Source: a virus
Lineage: Duplodnaviria; Caudoviricetes
DNA length: 64,000 nt
Strand: one strand, 5' to 3'
Virus record (IMG/VR): IMGVR_UViG_3300025519_000052
Location: 1 to 64,000 of that record
In this document: piece after piece, positions 1 to 9,401 of the stretch
Position numbering within the stretch: the first letter of the stretch is position 1
Layout of the letters: every line of letters begins with the position of its first letter
Translations under genes and position numbers: made by a program
Notes under the pieces: model-generated
What the model saw: the letters and a program-made list of their open reading frames with translations, nothing else
Told to the model about the DNA's origin: nothing
The model's database searches: none

Positions 1-258
1 TTGCTTAGCATTAGCCACGTTGACAGATGCAGCAGGATCTACATATGTTTGTCCCTCACTGACTTTAACTACAACTGAGTTAATGCCGCCAGCTTTCATA
101 GTTTGGTAGAAAGATAATGGCAAGCCTTGTTCAGCATTATGGTGGCTTACGTCAATAAAATCAATATTTGGCGTTGCTGCAAATGATGTGCCGGCAAAAG
201 AAAACGCCAACCCTGCAGATAGGGCCAGCGCGCCGATGGTTTTAGATAGTCTATTCAA
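1..258 (-). CDS. Endolysin, GH25 muramidase, N-terminal part (runs off window), with Sec-type signal peptide
   Basis: Not in ORF track. TTG start at 258 with AAGGAG RBS; translates MNRLSKTIGALALSAGLAFSFAGTSFAATPNIDFIDVSHHN...VVVKVSEGQTYVDP. DVSHHN and KVSEG motifs are typical of GH25; lies downstream of the holin. Confidence 0.85.
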   Translation of the reverse strand, partial: MNRLSKTIGALALSAGLAFSFAGTSFAATPNIDFIDVSHHNAEQGLPLSFYQTMKAGGINSVVVKVSEGQTYVDPAASVNVANAKQ

Positions 259-270
259 TTCGATCACTCC

Positions 271-648
271 TTATTTAGATGCTGTATCGCTTTCTGTGGA
301 CGGTGTAGAAGCCGTGTTTTGTGCTGCCAATACTTGTGCCACGACAGCTTTAATTTTTTCATATTCGGCATCCTCTTTGGCCGCAGTGTCCTGTGCATAA
401 GAGATTGCTACCTGAGTTGCCTGTTCTTTCTTTTTTTTCGTCAGATAGGTGTTTAGGATTGTTGCAATTGAGCCGACAAAAAGCGCCCCAACCGCCACAA
501 TTAGCGATACAAAGGCATTAACCGAGTCTGCAGTTAACCATTGGAAATGTACATTAAGCGCCCCGAAAAAGGCAATCAATGCGGTTAGAACCCCGCCTAC
601 CAATGTTGCTGTCTGTTTCCACCAATTAAGATCAGATAAGTATTTCAT
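271..648 (-). CDS. Probable holin
   Basis: 125 aa, two hydrophobic helices followed by a KKKK charged tail, directly upstream of the endolysin. Confidence 0.65.
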   Translation of the reverse strand: MKYLSDLNWWKQTATLVGGVLTALIAFFGALNVHFQWLTADSVNAFVSLIVAVGALFVGSIATILNTYLTKKKKEQATQVAISYAQDTAAKEDAEYEKIKAVVAQVLAAQNTASTPSTESDTASK

Positions 649-663
649 TTTTCATTCGCTCCC

Positions 664-981
664 CTAGAAAAATTTTGTGATTAGGGTAATGATCCCATAA
701 ATTAAGCCCCCGCCACCAAAAAGGACAAGGGCTAAGTCCCATCTACGATAGGCATTATTTTTCCGAATATTTAGTGTGTGCTCGAGTAACCTGTTTAGCA
801 ATTCCTGCTGTTCTTCCCGCTGCTGGTTGATTAACTTTTTCTGTTCCTTTCCTTCCACCATCAACGTTTTTTCTATGCGCAGCTGGCCTGTCTCTACCGC
901 CTGCATTTTGTTGGTCAGGTCGGCATAGTTTTTTTCTAATGCTGTGATCCGCTCTTCATGATTCTCAATGCGTTCATCCAT
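664..981 (-). CDS. XhlA/BhlA-like lysis-module membrane protein
   Basis: Coiled-coil N-terminus plus C-terminal TM helix; GGAGG RBS favours the ATG at 981. Confidence 0.5.
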   Translation of the reverse strand: MDERIENHEERITALEKNYADLTNKMQAVETGQLRIEKTLMVEGKEQKKLINQQREEQQELLNRLLEHTLNIRKNNAYRRWDLALVLFGGGGLIYGIITLITKFF

Positions 982-1018
982 CGTCATCTCCTCCAATGGA
1001 CCCGTACCCCCTAACTCA

Positions 1019-1261
1019 TTACGATGCTGTTGTGTCTGATGCTGTTCCTTGAATGTTTTCTTCCACCTTTGATTTAATTAAATCTTCTAGCTTGATTGTA
1101 TCCCCGGCTGCTGATGCATATTCGTCTTTACTTACCTCCACAAATCCATTGAGGTTAAAAGTTGCTCCTGTGCTATTAAAATATAAGTTTACGCTTGTAT
1201 AATCACCATCATACCCGTTTTTGTAGTTAAAATTAATTGATGTAATGACAATTTTCATCAT
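1019..1261 (-). CDS. Small hypothetical protein (tail-tip/lysis junction)
   Basis: 80 aa ORF with GGAGG RBS, co-oriented with the operon. Confidence 0.6.
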   Translation of the reverse strand: MMKIVITSINFNYKNGYDGDYTSVNLYFNSTGATFNLNGFVEVSKDEYASAAGDTIKLEDLIKSKVEENIQGTASDTTAS

Positions 1262-1500
1262 TCATTTCCTCCTTTTGTGTGTGTTGATCTTGAATGTTTT
1301 GCCTTCTCTGCTGCCAATTCCTTTTCTACTTCTTCTTTTTTCTCGATCGCCTCCTTTAATTGTTCTTCTAGCTTCTTAATTTCATTTTGTTGCAAGGCTA
1401 CCAATGCCGTTTGTGTTGCCTTTTGGTCTGCCAGCGTGGCGATTTGATTTTTTAAATCTGCAATAATTTGCGGGTAAAAATCCTGTGCTTGAATTTCCAT
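1258..1500 (-). CDS. Small coiled-coil protein after tail fibre
   Basis: Heptad-rich 80 aa ORF abutting the tail fibre stop. Confidence 0.6.
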   Translation of the reverse strand: MEIQAQDFYPQIIADLKNQIATLADQKATQTALVALQQNEIKKLEEQLKEAIEKKEEVEKELAAEKAKHSRSTHTKGGNE

Positions 1501-1503
1501 ATG

Positions 1504-4500
1504 TTATGCCTCCAATTTTGCTAATCTAGCTTCAAGATCAGCAATTTTTAATAATAAATTCTTATTTTGTTCTTCAATTATTGATAAGCGTTCCTTATTG
1601 CTCTCGTCCCTTGCTGACAATTCCTGTACAGCACCGGTTAATACCCCTGTTACCTTGTATGTGTCTATGCCGTCCCGATCATAATTGAGAAACTCATCAG
1701 GTGTCTGATAACCGCCGCCAATTACAAAACCAGTGTATAGATCATCACGGCCTGCCTGCACGTCTGCTTTGTACTTAAACTGCACCACGTTTGCCTTTTT
1801 GATAATTTCAAGCATGTCCTGTGGTTCTATTGCCTGAAAGTCTTGCTTCCATTCAAATTTTGATGATGTCGCCCACGATTTTGCTTTCGGTGAATAGCTG
1901 TAATTACCACTTGAATCCGTGAAGTACAGAGCGGAACCATCACTAACCTCGAAAGTGTGGTAACCAATCCGCATATTATTTGGATTAACCCGCTGATCAA
2001 AATTCCCATTTGAAGCTGATATGTCTACTCTAGATCCACCACTATTCGTAAAATATAATTGACCGCCATCCTTGGAGATGATGGAATGAGCGCCATTGAA
2101 TGAGATGTTACCAAATTGTGCATTGCCATTGGAGCTAATTGTGCTTTGACCATTATAGTAATCAATCGAATATATAGCATTAGCTGTAATTTGGCTCACT
2201 ACACTATCATTTTCAGAAAATGTAATTAAATTTGGTTCAATGGTTGTTTTGGCCGAAGGAGCATTAATATCTGAGAAAGCTGGATAATATATTTCGATTA
2301 TACCTGATGATAAATACGTGTGCCTTGACTCATCATCATCAATGTGAATTGGGAATCTATAAGTTGGATTAATTTTAACGGTATCGTAATTCCCCCAAGG
2401 GTTCGTAACCGTTGATATAACATTTACGCTGCCAGAAAAAGTCCCTGACGTTGCATTGATTGCCCCCGTAATATTTGCGTTTTTCGCAACAAGGTTTCCG
2501 GCTGTATCGACGGTAAAGTTTCCGTTTCCAATGTTTATGTTCACGCCTGAAATATTTCCAGCTGTTACGCTTCCAAGATTTGCTGAAAGTGCAGATAAGG
2601 TTGAAACGTTCAGCTTACTTGCATCTATGGAGCCGGCGGCAATACGTGCGGCGTTTAGCGTCCCCGTTGTAATTTTAGATGCGTCGATGTTTGTAACGGT
2701 GGCTTTGCTTGCATCCAACGTACCCGTCACAATATTGCTGGCGTTTATGTTTTTCACCGTAATCACATTTGCGTCAATCGTGCCCGCCGTAAGCTTGTTG
2801 GCTGTCATGCTCTGTATCATTGCATCTTTGATAACCGCATTGTCAATTGTTGTTTGACCTGTTATGTGTACCTTTTTGCCATCGATTAAGATGCCCTCTG
2901 TGCTAATGTTTATTTGATTTATGACGTCATTTTGTTTGACCCTAAGGTTTATATCATTAGCCAATTGTGTGATTTGTGATTGAGTAGCCATGTCCTCGGG
3001 GGCTGGGCTCCAATCTGTAGCCTTAGTTCCCTTTTCTACTTTAATTTGTGAGAAATATACACTTGAAATATTTCCATTAGAACTTGCATTATTATCAATT
3101 CTTATATATCCGCATATCTCATCAGAATTAGTAGTAAATTTTGTAATATATTCTTGCCAATCATTTTTGTTTGTTGTTCCAGTCGCCAATGTATGAACAT
3201 AATCATAACTACCACCGATACCAGTTTTAGCGGTTTTTGAACCTAAAAAATATACGTCCATTGTAGTAGAATTTGTACTTCCTTTTATCCTTACTCTAAA
3301 AACGTATGTTGTATTAGGTTCTACATTGAATACTGTTCCCGAGCGCGTACTTTCCGATGTTCCAGAGTTTTGCACTTCTAATGAATTTGTCCCATCATTG
3401 TTAGCATGAGATATCGTGCCTTCTTGCCAAGATTGCGCAGTTTTCCCGTCTGGATTAAGCAATAATCCTGTGCTATTTGGTACTAAATTTCTACCACCGA
3501 TTTGCAAGTTATTGAGATTTGTTTGTACAGAAGTAATTTGACTAGTCAAGCTATTTGCTGTTTGCGTCAAGCTTGACTGTGTTGCGTATGTGCTGGCAGC
3601 ATCTTGCACTGATAACTTGCTTTGTAACGCCGTGTTTGTTTGCGTGACAAAACTATTATATGTTGTTTTATCAACTTTCCCTGACACTGTTGTTTGCAAT
3701 CCGTTTGTTGTTTGCGTTAACGAACTTATATTTCCTTCTGCATTTGAAATCCTTGTCGCAAAGGAATCGGAAGTTTGTTGCAATGCACTTATATTACCTT
3801 CTGCATTTCCAATTCGTGACACTGTACTATCCAGTGTTTGTGATAGCGTGTTAAATTGGACAGCTGTCACCATATCCTCAGGGGCGGGGCTCCAATCAGT
3901 TGCCTTATTGCCTTTTTCAATCTTCACATATGCCATATAAAAAGTTGAAGCACTTGAATTAAAGAATCCTATTGTATTTGAATTTGTAGGCTTTATTGTA
4001 ACTGTAAATAATTTCCATTCGGTCGTCACATCACAAGATAACCAAGATGTATTTGAATTTTGTATTTTAACGGTTGTTTCCTCATCAGCTTTCATTAACA
4101 GGGAAACAGTATATTCTTCGCCATATGTTATTTTTGAACCAACATTCTGTGTTACCCCTGATGCTGCTGACGTACCAGTTGTTACAACCTTTAAAACATG
4201 GCCATAGTCTGCACTGTCTAATACTGATAATGTTGCATTTTCATTAGGTTTCCAATTGCTATATCCATTAGAAAAATCACTATTTAAAAATAAGTTCCTC
4301 CCGCCAACCTGTAAGTTATCGAGATTTGTTTGTACAGCTGAAATATTGCTCGTCAGGCTGTTTGCCGTCGCTGTTAGTGCCGTCTGCGTCGCATATTTTG
4401 CGTCTGCATCTGTTTTTGTAATACGTGCAGCAATTTGGTCAGCCTGCGCAGTCAAAGTTGCTTCTGCCGTGCTAACCCTACCCGTTAGCGTGTCAACGGT

Positions 4501-5391
4501 CGATTTATCGGCTTTAAGCTGTATTGCATTGGTGTTTTGCTGAATAGCCGTTTCTGCGCTGTCTACGCGCCCTGTTAACGTGTTGACCGTGGTCGTGGTA
4601 GCGTAACCCTCGAGCGCATCATCAATCTCCGTTTTTGTATAAACGCTGGATGCATCCGCTTTTTTCTGTGCTTCTGCCATTGCATCCTGGGCTTTTGTCC
4701 ACGCATTGCTGGATTGTGTAGCCGCATTGGACGCTGTTTGACTCGCGTTGTTCGCTGTATCCACAGCACTGTTTGCTGTTGATAAAGCATCTTGCGCATT
4801 ATCAAAAGCCGTCTGTGCTTGATTGATAGCCGTCTGTGCATCTTCCGCCGCTTGGTTCGCAGTATCCACGGCGCTTTGCACCTGTGCTTTGGCATCATCT
4901 GCGTCCGCTTGTGCCGATTGGGCCACTTGGGTCGCCTGTTCCGCCGTTTGTTGCGCCTGTTCGCCTACTTGTTGCGCATTGGCCGCCGTTTGATTGGCTT
5001 CATCAATTGCTTCTTGGACGGCGACATTATCCACGTCGTCTACCCATTGCGTGCCGTCCCAATGCCGGATAGCCGTTACTTCACCGTTTGCATCGGTGAC
5101 AAACCAAATATCACCGGATTGTGGACTGGTTGGCGTTGTTGCACCATAATATGCTTTGTTTTTGCCATTGGCAGTCGTAATTGCTATCTGTGCTGCTTGT
5201 GCTGCATCTGCAGCTGTAGCTGCCGCTTGTACTGCCGTTTGTGACGCAGTTTCAGCAGTTGCTTGAGCCTGTCCAGCTGTCTGTGCTGCACCATTTGCCG
5301 TTTCTTGGGCAGTAGTTGCTGTTTGCTCTGCTCCTTTCGCAATCTTAGTTGAGTTTGTGAAAGAAATATCTACACTGCCCATTATGGTCAT
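1504..5391 (-). CDS. Tail fibre/spike with Ala-Gln-Thr coiled coil, two GGRNL...KATDWSPAPED carbohydrate-binding-like modules, gp58-like segment and C-terminal peptidase-S74-like chaperone
   Basis: Repeated motifs; INQINISTEGILIDG segment; SSKFEWKQDF chaperone-like motif followed by a terminal coiled coil. Confidence 0.85.
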   Translation of the reverse strand: MTIMGSVDISFTNSTKIAKGAEQTATTAQETANGAAQTAGQAQATAETASQTAVQAAATAADAAQAAQIAITTANGKNKAYYGATTPTSPQSGDIWFVTDANGEVTAIRHWDGTQWVDDVDNVAVQEAIDEANQTAANAQQVGEQAQQTAEQATQVAQSAQADADDAKAQVQSAVDTANQAAEDAQTAINQAQTAFDNAQDALSTANSAVDTANNASQTASNAATQSSNAWTKAQDAMAEAQKKADASSVYTKTEIDDALEGYATTTTVNTLTGRVDSAETAIQQNTNAIQLKADKSTVDTLTGRVSTAEATLTAQADQIAARITKTDADAKYATQTALTATANSLTSNISAVQTNLDNLQVGGRNLFLNSDFSNGYSNWKPNENATLSVLDSADYGHVLKVVTTGTSAASGVTQNVGSKITYGEEYTVSLLMKADEETTVKIQNSNTSWLSCDVTTEWKLFTVTIKPTNSNTIGFFNSSASTFYMAYVKIEKGNKATDWSPAPEDMVTAVQFNTLSQTLDSTVSRIGNAEGNISALQQTSDSFATRISNAEGNISSLTQTTNGLQTTVSGKVDKTTYNSFVTQTNTALQSKLSVQDAASTYATQSSLTQTANSLTSQITSVQTNLNNLQIGGRNLVPNSTGLLLNPDGKTAQSWQEGTISHANNDGTNSLEVQNSGTSESTRSGTVFNVEPNTTYVFRVRIKGSTNSTTMDVYFLGSKTAKTGIGGSYDYVHTLATGTTNKNDWQEYITKFTTNSDEICGYIRIDNNASSNGNISSVYFSQIKVEKGTKATDWSPAPEDMATQSQITQLANDINLRVKQNDVINQINISTEGILIDGKKVHITGQTTIDNAVIKDAMIQSMTANKLTAGTIDANVITVKNINASNIVTGTLDASKATVTNIDASKITTGTLNAARIAAGSIDASKLNVSTLSALSANLGSVTAGNISGVNINIGNGNFTVDTAGNLVAKNANITGAINATSGTFSGSVNVISTVTNPWGNYDTVKINPTYRFPIHIDDDESRHTYLSSGIIEIYYPAFSDINAPSAKTTIEPNLITFSENDSVVSQITANAIYSIDYYNGQSTISSNGNAQFGNISFNGAHSIISKDGGQLYFTNSGGSRVDISASNGNFDQRVNPNNMRIGYHTFEVSDGSALYFTDSSGNYSYSPKAKSWATSSKFEWKQDFQAIEPQDMLEIIKKANVVQFKYKADVQAGRDDLYTGFVIGGGYQTPDEFLNYDRDGIDTYKVTGVLTGAVQELSARDESNKERLSIIEEQNKNLLLKIADLEARLAKLEA

Positions 5392-7709
5392 GGGGTATCA
5401 CCTCTTTTATGTTCATTGATCCTAAACAATTGATTTGTCCTTTGGCTATCTTCTAAATCTTCATTTCCCCATGCGAAACCTTGTATTAGCCATTTCTTTC
5501 CATCCGAGTCGTAGTAATAACTGATTGCTTCAGGTTCGTTATACTGCCCTATTTGATCAATAGTGCCCTTATCAAAGGTATATACAATCTTATAAACTAG
5601 CGATTTGGATCGTATATCAACGCAATACATGACCCTTTCATCTAATCCATTTGCATCTCCTGCATCGAAATAAACGTAAGGAAAATCTAGACAAGATGAT
5701 TGGAAGGTTTGGCTAGATCCATCAAATCCAACATCACTGCCATTCATTGTATAGATTGGTTTGAAAAGGTTATTTTGAATATCTGATTTCTTGCATACAT
5801 ATAAGGTAACTTCACCTTTTGATAGATGAACATAACTATTTTTCTCATCATAATTTACACGATAATAGTCTGTTGCTCCGAACGAATAAAACTGAATTGA
5901 TGAATCTCCATATTTGAGGATTTTGTTAGGAACATATTTAAACCTTGCAACTCCCCAATAATGCGTTCCGTCTACTGCTGATTTTGATGTATTGATCATT
6001 GCAGACCATATATAAACATCACTGTCCACATGCTCTATTCCAAAATTAGAACCATGACCGCCACCAATCACCCACATTTGGTCAACGAACTCCCCATCTA
6101 ACGTGGTTCTTGTAATGCTGAATGATTGCCAGTCTCCATTAGATGACTTTTTATTACCGAAATACTCCTGCGACCAATAAATATAGCTATTTTTGGCATC
6201 TACTTGAGCATATTGGGCAACATGTGTATTTACATCATCACTAGGATTGTCCATCGGTAACGTTGCAAAATAGGCAGCATCTTCTTCTGTTGCAAATAGA
6301 ATAGGGTCAGTCAATCCATCATCAACCTGACAACGAATTGTACTTCCTACCACCTCCGAACCTACTGTGATAACATTTCCAACTCCTACATGTGCATCTT
6401 CCCATGCAGTATCGTGTGTGCCATCACTATTTATCTTTTGCCAAATAAATTTGTCACTATCGATCTGTGCTGTGACTTCATCAGTTCCTTGATAAACCCT
6501 GATGATAATGCGCTTTTCCGTATCATCTGCAAAATCCGTTCCATCTGGAGTAAAGTACTCCACTTTATATGCTTTGGCCTTTTGTGATTCTTGGTATGCC
6601 TGTGCAGCCTTAGCTTGTAGTTTCCAAATATCCTCTGGGGTAACTACTTGAACCTCAACAAATTCCCCTAGGATTACTTTATTGTTTTCTGGATTTGCCT
6701 CAGATTCATCCAGTTGGATGACCCTGGCATCCAAAGTTAATTCGGGATCCATCGAAAAATCAATAACCTGTATACGATCGCCAAGATTCGGCTTGTAGCC
6801 TAAATGGGCAACATCAACTGTATAAGTATATTTAGGATGATTATATTTGGCCAGTTGCTGTTTACCCCAATCTAATAAACCACTAGGGTTAGCAATACTG
6901 TCATTTACAATGTATCCTTCTAAGTATTGATTACCATTGTTATAGAGATCATTTGCTTCATCATCTACAATATACTCTCGGCCATTATTCACACTTGCTA
7001 TTGAGACTATCTCGCCTTTGCTATTTGTACCTCCGTAGACATATAGCTTAGTATACATCTGTGAGTCGTCACCGGTTCTAGTCACTCCTAATAAATCGTG
7101 AGAATACTCAAATCTGCGCCCCTCTGATTCTCCTAATTCTTCTACTATGTCAATTAATTTTCGAACAATTTTTCCGTTATAAACCTCTACATAAGCCCTA
7201 ATTTCAACAGAAAATTGAGTAGTTAATTGATCCAGCCAATATTGAGCGTTATTTCCAGAACTAAATTCTAATGATTTTACCCCTCCAAAGAAATCATTCT
7301 CACCTATTTCCCAGCCTGATCTTTGAAGAATATATTCAAATGCATCTTGGCTATTTGCAGCGCTAAATGTTTTTGGCTGTACGTATATGTGAGTTAAATC
7401 CCAAGCTAGCAGATTGATTGCTTGAACTGTTTTTGTATGTGTTGATCCAGCAGCTTCATCTTCTGGACTAAAAATTCTATAACAATAAAAACGGCCATCC
7501 CCTCCCTGCTTAAGAAGGTGATAGCCATTTGTCATGTAGGCTGTCTCACGATAACCATATGGGACTGATATTTGTAAGGTATCGCTCCAAATTTTACCTT
7601 GATCATCCGCAATTTTGGTTGATCGTATATCATTGTAAAACTTGCATCCTTTACCATCTAGGTCAAGCACTCCACAGACATTTAAATCCGGATCTAATAT
7701 TGTATACAT
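5388..7709 (-). CDS. Tal-like tail (prophage endopeptidase-type) protein with C-terminal putative beta-propeller receptor-binding domain
   Basis: Position after Dit; YKVDVAHL/LGDRIQVID/RVIQLDES-type Tal motifs; C-terminal half has QYAQVD..IYWSQ, GGHGSNFGIE and EPEAI motifs resembling TagC/phi11 gp45-type propellers. Confidence 0.7.
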   Translation of the reverse strand: MYTILDPDLNVCGVLDLDGKGCKFYNDIRSTKIADDQGKIWSDTLQISVPYGYRETAYMTNGYHLLKQGGDGRFYCYRIFSPEDEAAGSTHTKTVQAINLLAWDLTHIYVQPKTFSAANSQDAFEYILQRSGWEIGENDFFGGVKSLEFSSGNNAQYWLDQLTTQFSVEIRAYVEVYNGKIVRKLIDIVEELGESEGRRFEYSHDLLGVTRTGDDSQMYTKLYVYGGTNSKGEIVSIASVNNGREYIVDDEANDLYNNGNQYLEGYIVNDSIANPSGLLDWGKQQLAKYNHPKYTYTVDVAHLGYKPNLGDRIQVIDFSMDPELTLDARVIQLDESEANPENNKVILGEFVEVQVVTPEDIWKLQAKAAQAYQESQKAKAYKVEYFTPDGTDFADDTEKRIIIRVYQGTDEVTAQIDSDKFIWQKINSDGTHDTAWEDAHVGVGNVITVGSEVVGSTIRCQVDDGLTDPILFATEEDAAYFATLPMDNPSDDVNTHVAQYAQVDAKNSYIYWSQEYFGNKKSSNGDWQSFSITRTTLDGEFVDQMWVIGGGHGSNFGIEHVDSDVYIWSAMINTSKSAVDGTHYWGVARFKYVPNKILKYGDSSIQFYSFGATDYYRVNYDEKNSYVHLSKGEVTLYVCKKSDIQNNLFKPIYTMNGSDVGFDGSSQTFQSSCLDFPYVYFDAGDANGLDERVMYCVDIRSKSLVYKIVYTFDKGTIDQIGQYNEPEAISYYYDSDGKKWLIQGFAWGNEDLEDSQRTNQLFRINEHKRGDTP

Positions 7710-7724
7710 TGACTATCACCTCCT

Positions 7725-9401
7725 CTATTGAGTAGTTGGACGATATTCATAATACCAGTCTGCATCGCTTAGATCGGGGTCGAAGGAAAATACTTTTTCA
7801 ACACCACCTTGTAATGTTGGAAAATTACTTCCAATATAAAGTTTATCCATAAAAATAGCGCCGTTTTTATATACGGTGCGATCTTCACAATTGATTTTTA
7901 TTTCATCACCTTCATTGGCAATTATTGTTGGTGAAGTTGTGGATCCATTGCCTCCGTCAATGACATTCCAAACTTTAACATCACTAAGTGCCATCGAATT
8001 ATTTTTATAATTCTTGACTGGATCAGCTGCATCTTCTGCAATATCCATTTTGGCAGTATAAAAAGCAATTCCAGCTAATTGTTTTGCATATTTACCACTA
8101 GAATCTGTATATGTGTAAACCAAAGGTTTGCTCCAAGCAGGGTTTGAATTATCGTCAAATTTCATTATTTCAGCACGATATTTATTTCCTACTTTTTTCA
8201 ACTCGAGATAGCCGTAGAAATTAGTAAAAGTATTAGTTGATGTATCTTCACTTAGCTTGACAGTTCTCCACTGCTGCACTGTTTTTGTCTTTCCATTTTC
8301 AGTAACTTTCTTTGTACCCGTTCCAAGTTTAATTGTTTTTGTTTTTTTTTCCCCTTTTTTGATATTTCCTTTACCATAATAAATATTTTTATAATTATGT
8401 GACGTGCCAAGTTGTACTTGAGCATATACTTCTTCACTACTTCCGTTATCTTTCAGCATAATTTTTCCAAATCTCATCCCATCTGAGTCCAACAAATATA
8501 CTTCACATTTTCCTCGAGCTCTAGCATAATATTGATTATTCCACATTCTAACTCTAATCCTAAAGTCATCATATTGATTGGGAAGCCATTGCAATCTAAC
8601 AGGACCATGCCACTTTTTATTGTTTGTGGCAGGTCCAAAATCATCATTACCATCTGTTGTTTTCGCTACTTTTATTGAGTTTGATGTACTCATCATACTT
8701 CCTGATGGAATACCATTTTCCAATTCAAAAGTAATGTTAGATGAATCAATAGCAGTCCAAGTTGCTAATGTATTACAAGGATCGTGGAAAACTAAAGGTT
8801 CCTTATTTATTGGAGAATCACCAGTATCAGGATCAACATCAGCCCCTAAGTAGACATAATTTCCATCCTCATCAGTAATCGCAATTTTGGTTACATCCTG
8901 TTTGGGCATGCATGTAAAAATAGGATAGCATTCCGCTGTCCCGTCTGGAGTAATTATTATAGGATTTTCTTTCATGTCATGCTGTTGATATTCTCCATAT
9001 CCTTTCGGGTCACTACAAGAAAAGGTAAGAGTGCAAGTTGCCCATTGATTATTGCTTATAAGTTCTGGAGTAGAAATGGAACTAAAATGACCATAATAAG
9101 TCCATTCCGAATCATTACTAAAGACCATCGGATACTCACCATCACCAAATGTTGTAACAATGTTAGACAGGTCATGAATTTTATCTATTCTTTCTTGAGG
9201 TGTTTTTGCTTTTATCGTAATACTTATTTCAAATTGAAGTTGTCCATAAGAATTACCGAGATATATTTTACCAACCATTCCCGGTACATCTTGAACATTC
9301 TCTGAAATTTCTGGAGTGACTGGCCTTTTTATGTCGTTTACAATAAGTCCGAGGTCTTCCACAAAATCAACCCCGCAAAAAATGCAAGTTAACCTATCCA
9401 A
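7725..9401 (-). CDS. Distal tail protein (evolved Dit with large insertion)
   Basis: Follows the TMP; N-terminal DVPGMVG...FSCSDPKGY and C-terminal INCEDRTVYKNG...FPTL typical of siphophage Dit. Confidence 0.8.
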   Translation of the reverse strand: MDRLTCIFCGVDFVEDLGLIVNDIKRPVTPEISENVQDVPGMVGKIYLGNSYGQLQFEISITIKAKTPQERIDKIHDLSNIVTTFGDGEYPMVFSNDSEWTYYGHFSSISTPELISNNQWATCTLTFSCSDPKGYGEYQQHDMKENPIIITPDGTAECYPIFTCMPKQDVTKIAITDEDGNYVYLGADVDPDTGDSPINKEPLVFHDPCNTLATWTAIDSSNITFELENGIPSGSMMSTSNSIKVAKTTDGNDDFGPATNNKKWHGPVRLQWLPNQYDDFRIRVRMWNNQYYARARGKCEVYLLDSDGMRFGKIMLKDNGSSEEVYAQVQLGTSHNYKNIYYGKGNIKKGEKKTKTIKLGTGTKKVTENGKTKTVQQWRTVKLSEDTSTNTFTNFYGYLELKKVGNKYRAEIMKFDDNSNPAWSKPLVYTYTDSSGKYAKQLAGIAFYTAKMDIAEDAADPVKNYKNNSMALSDVKVWNVIDGGNGSTTSPTIIANEGDEIKINCEDRTVYKNGAIFMDKLYIGSNFPTLQGGVEKVFSFDPDLSDADWYYEYRPTTQ

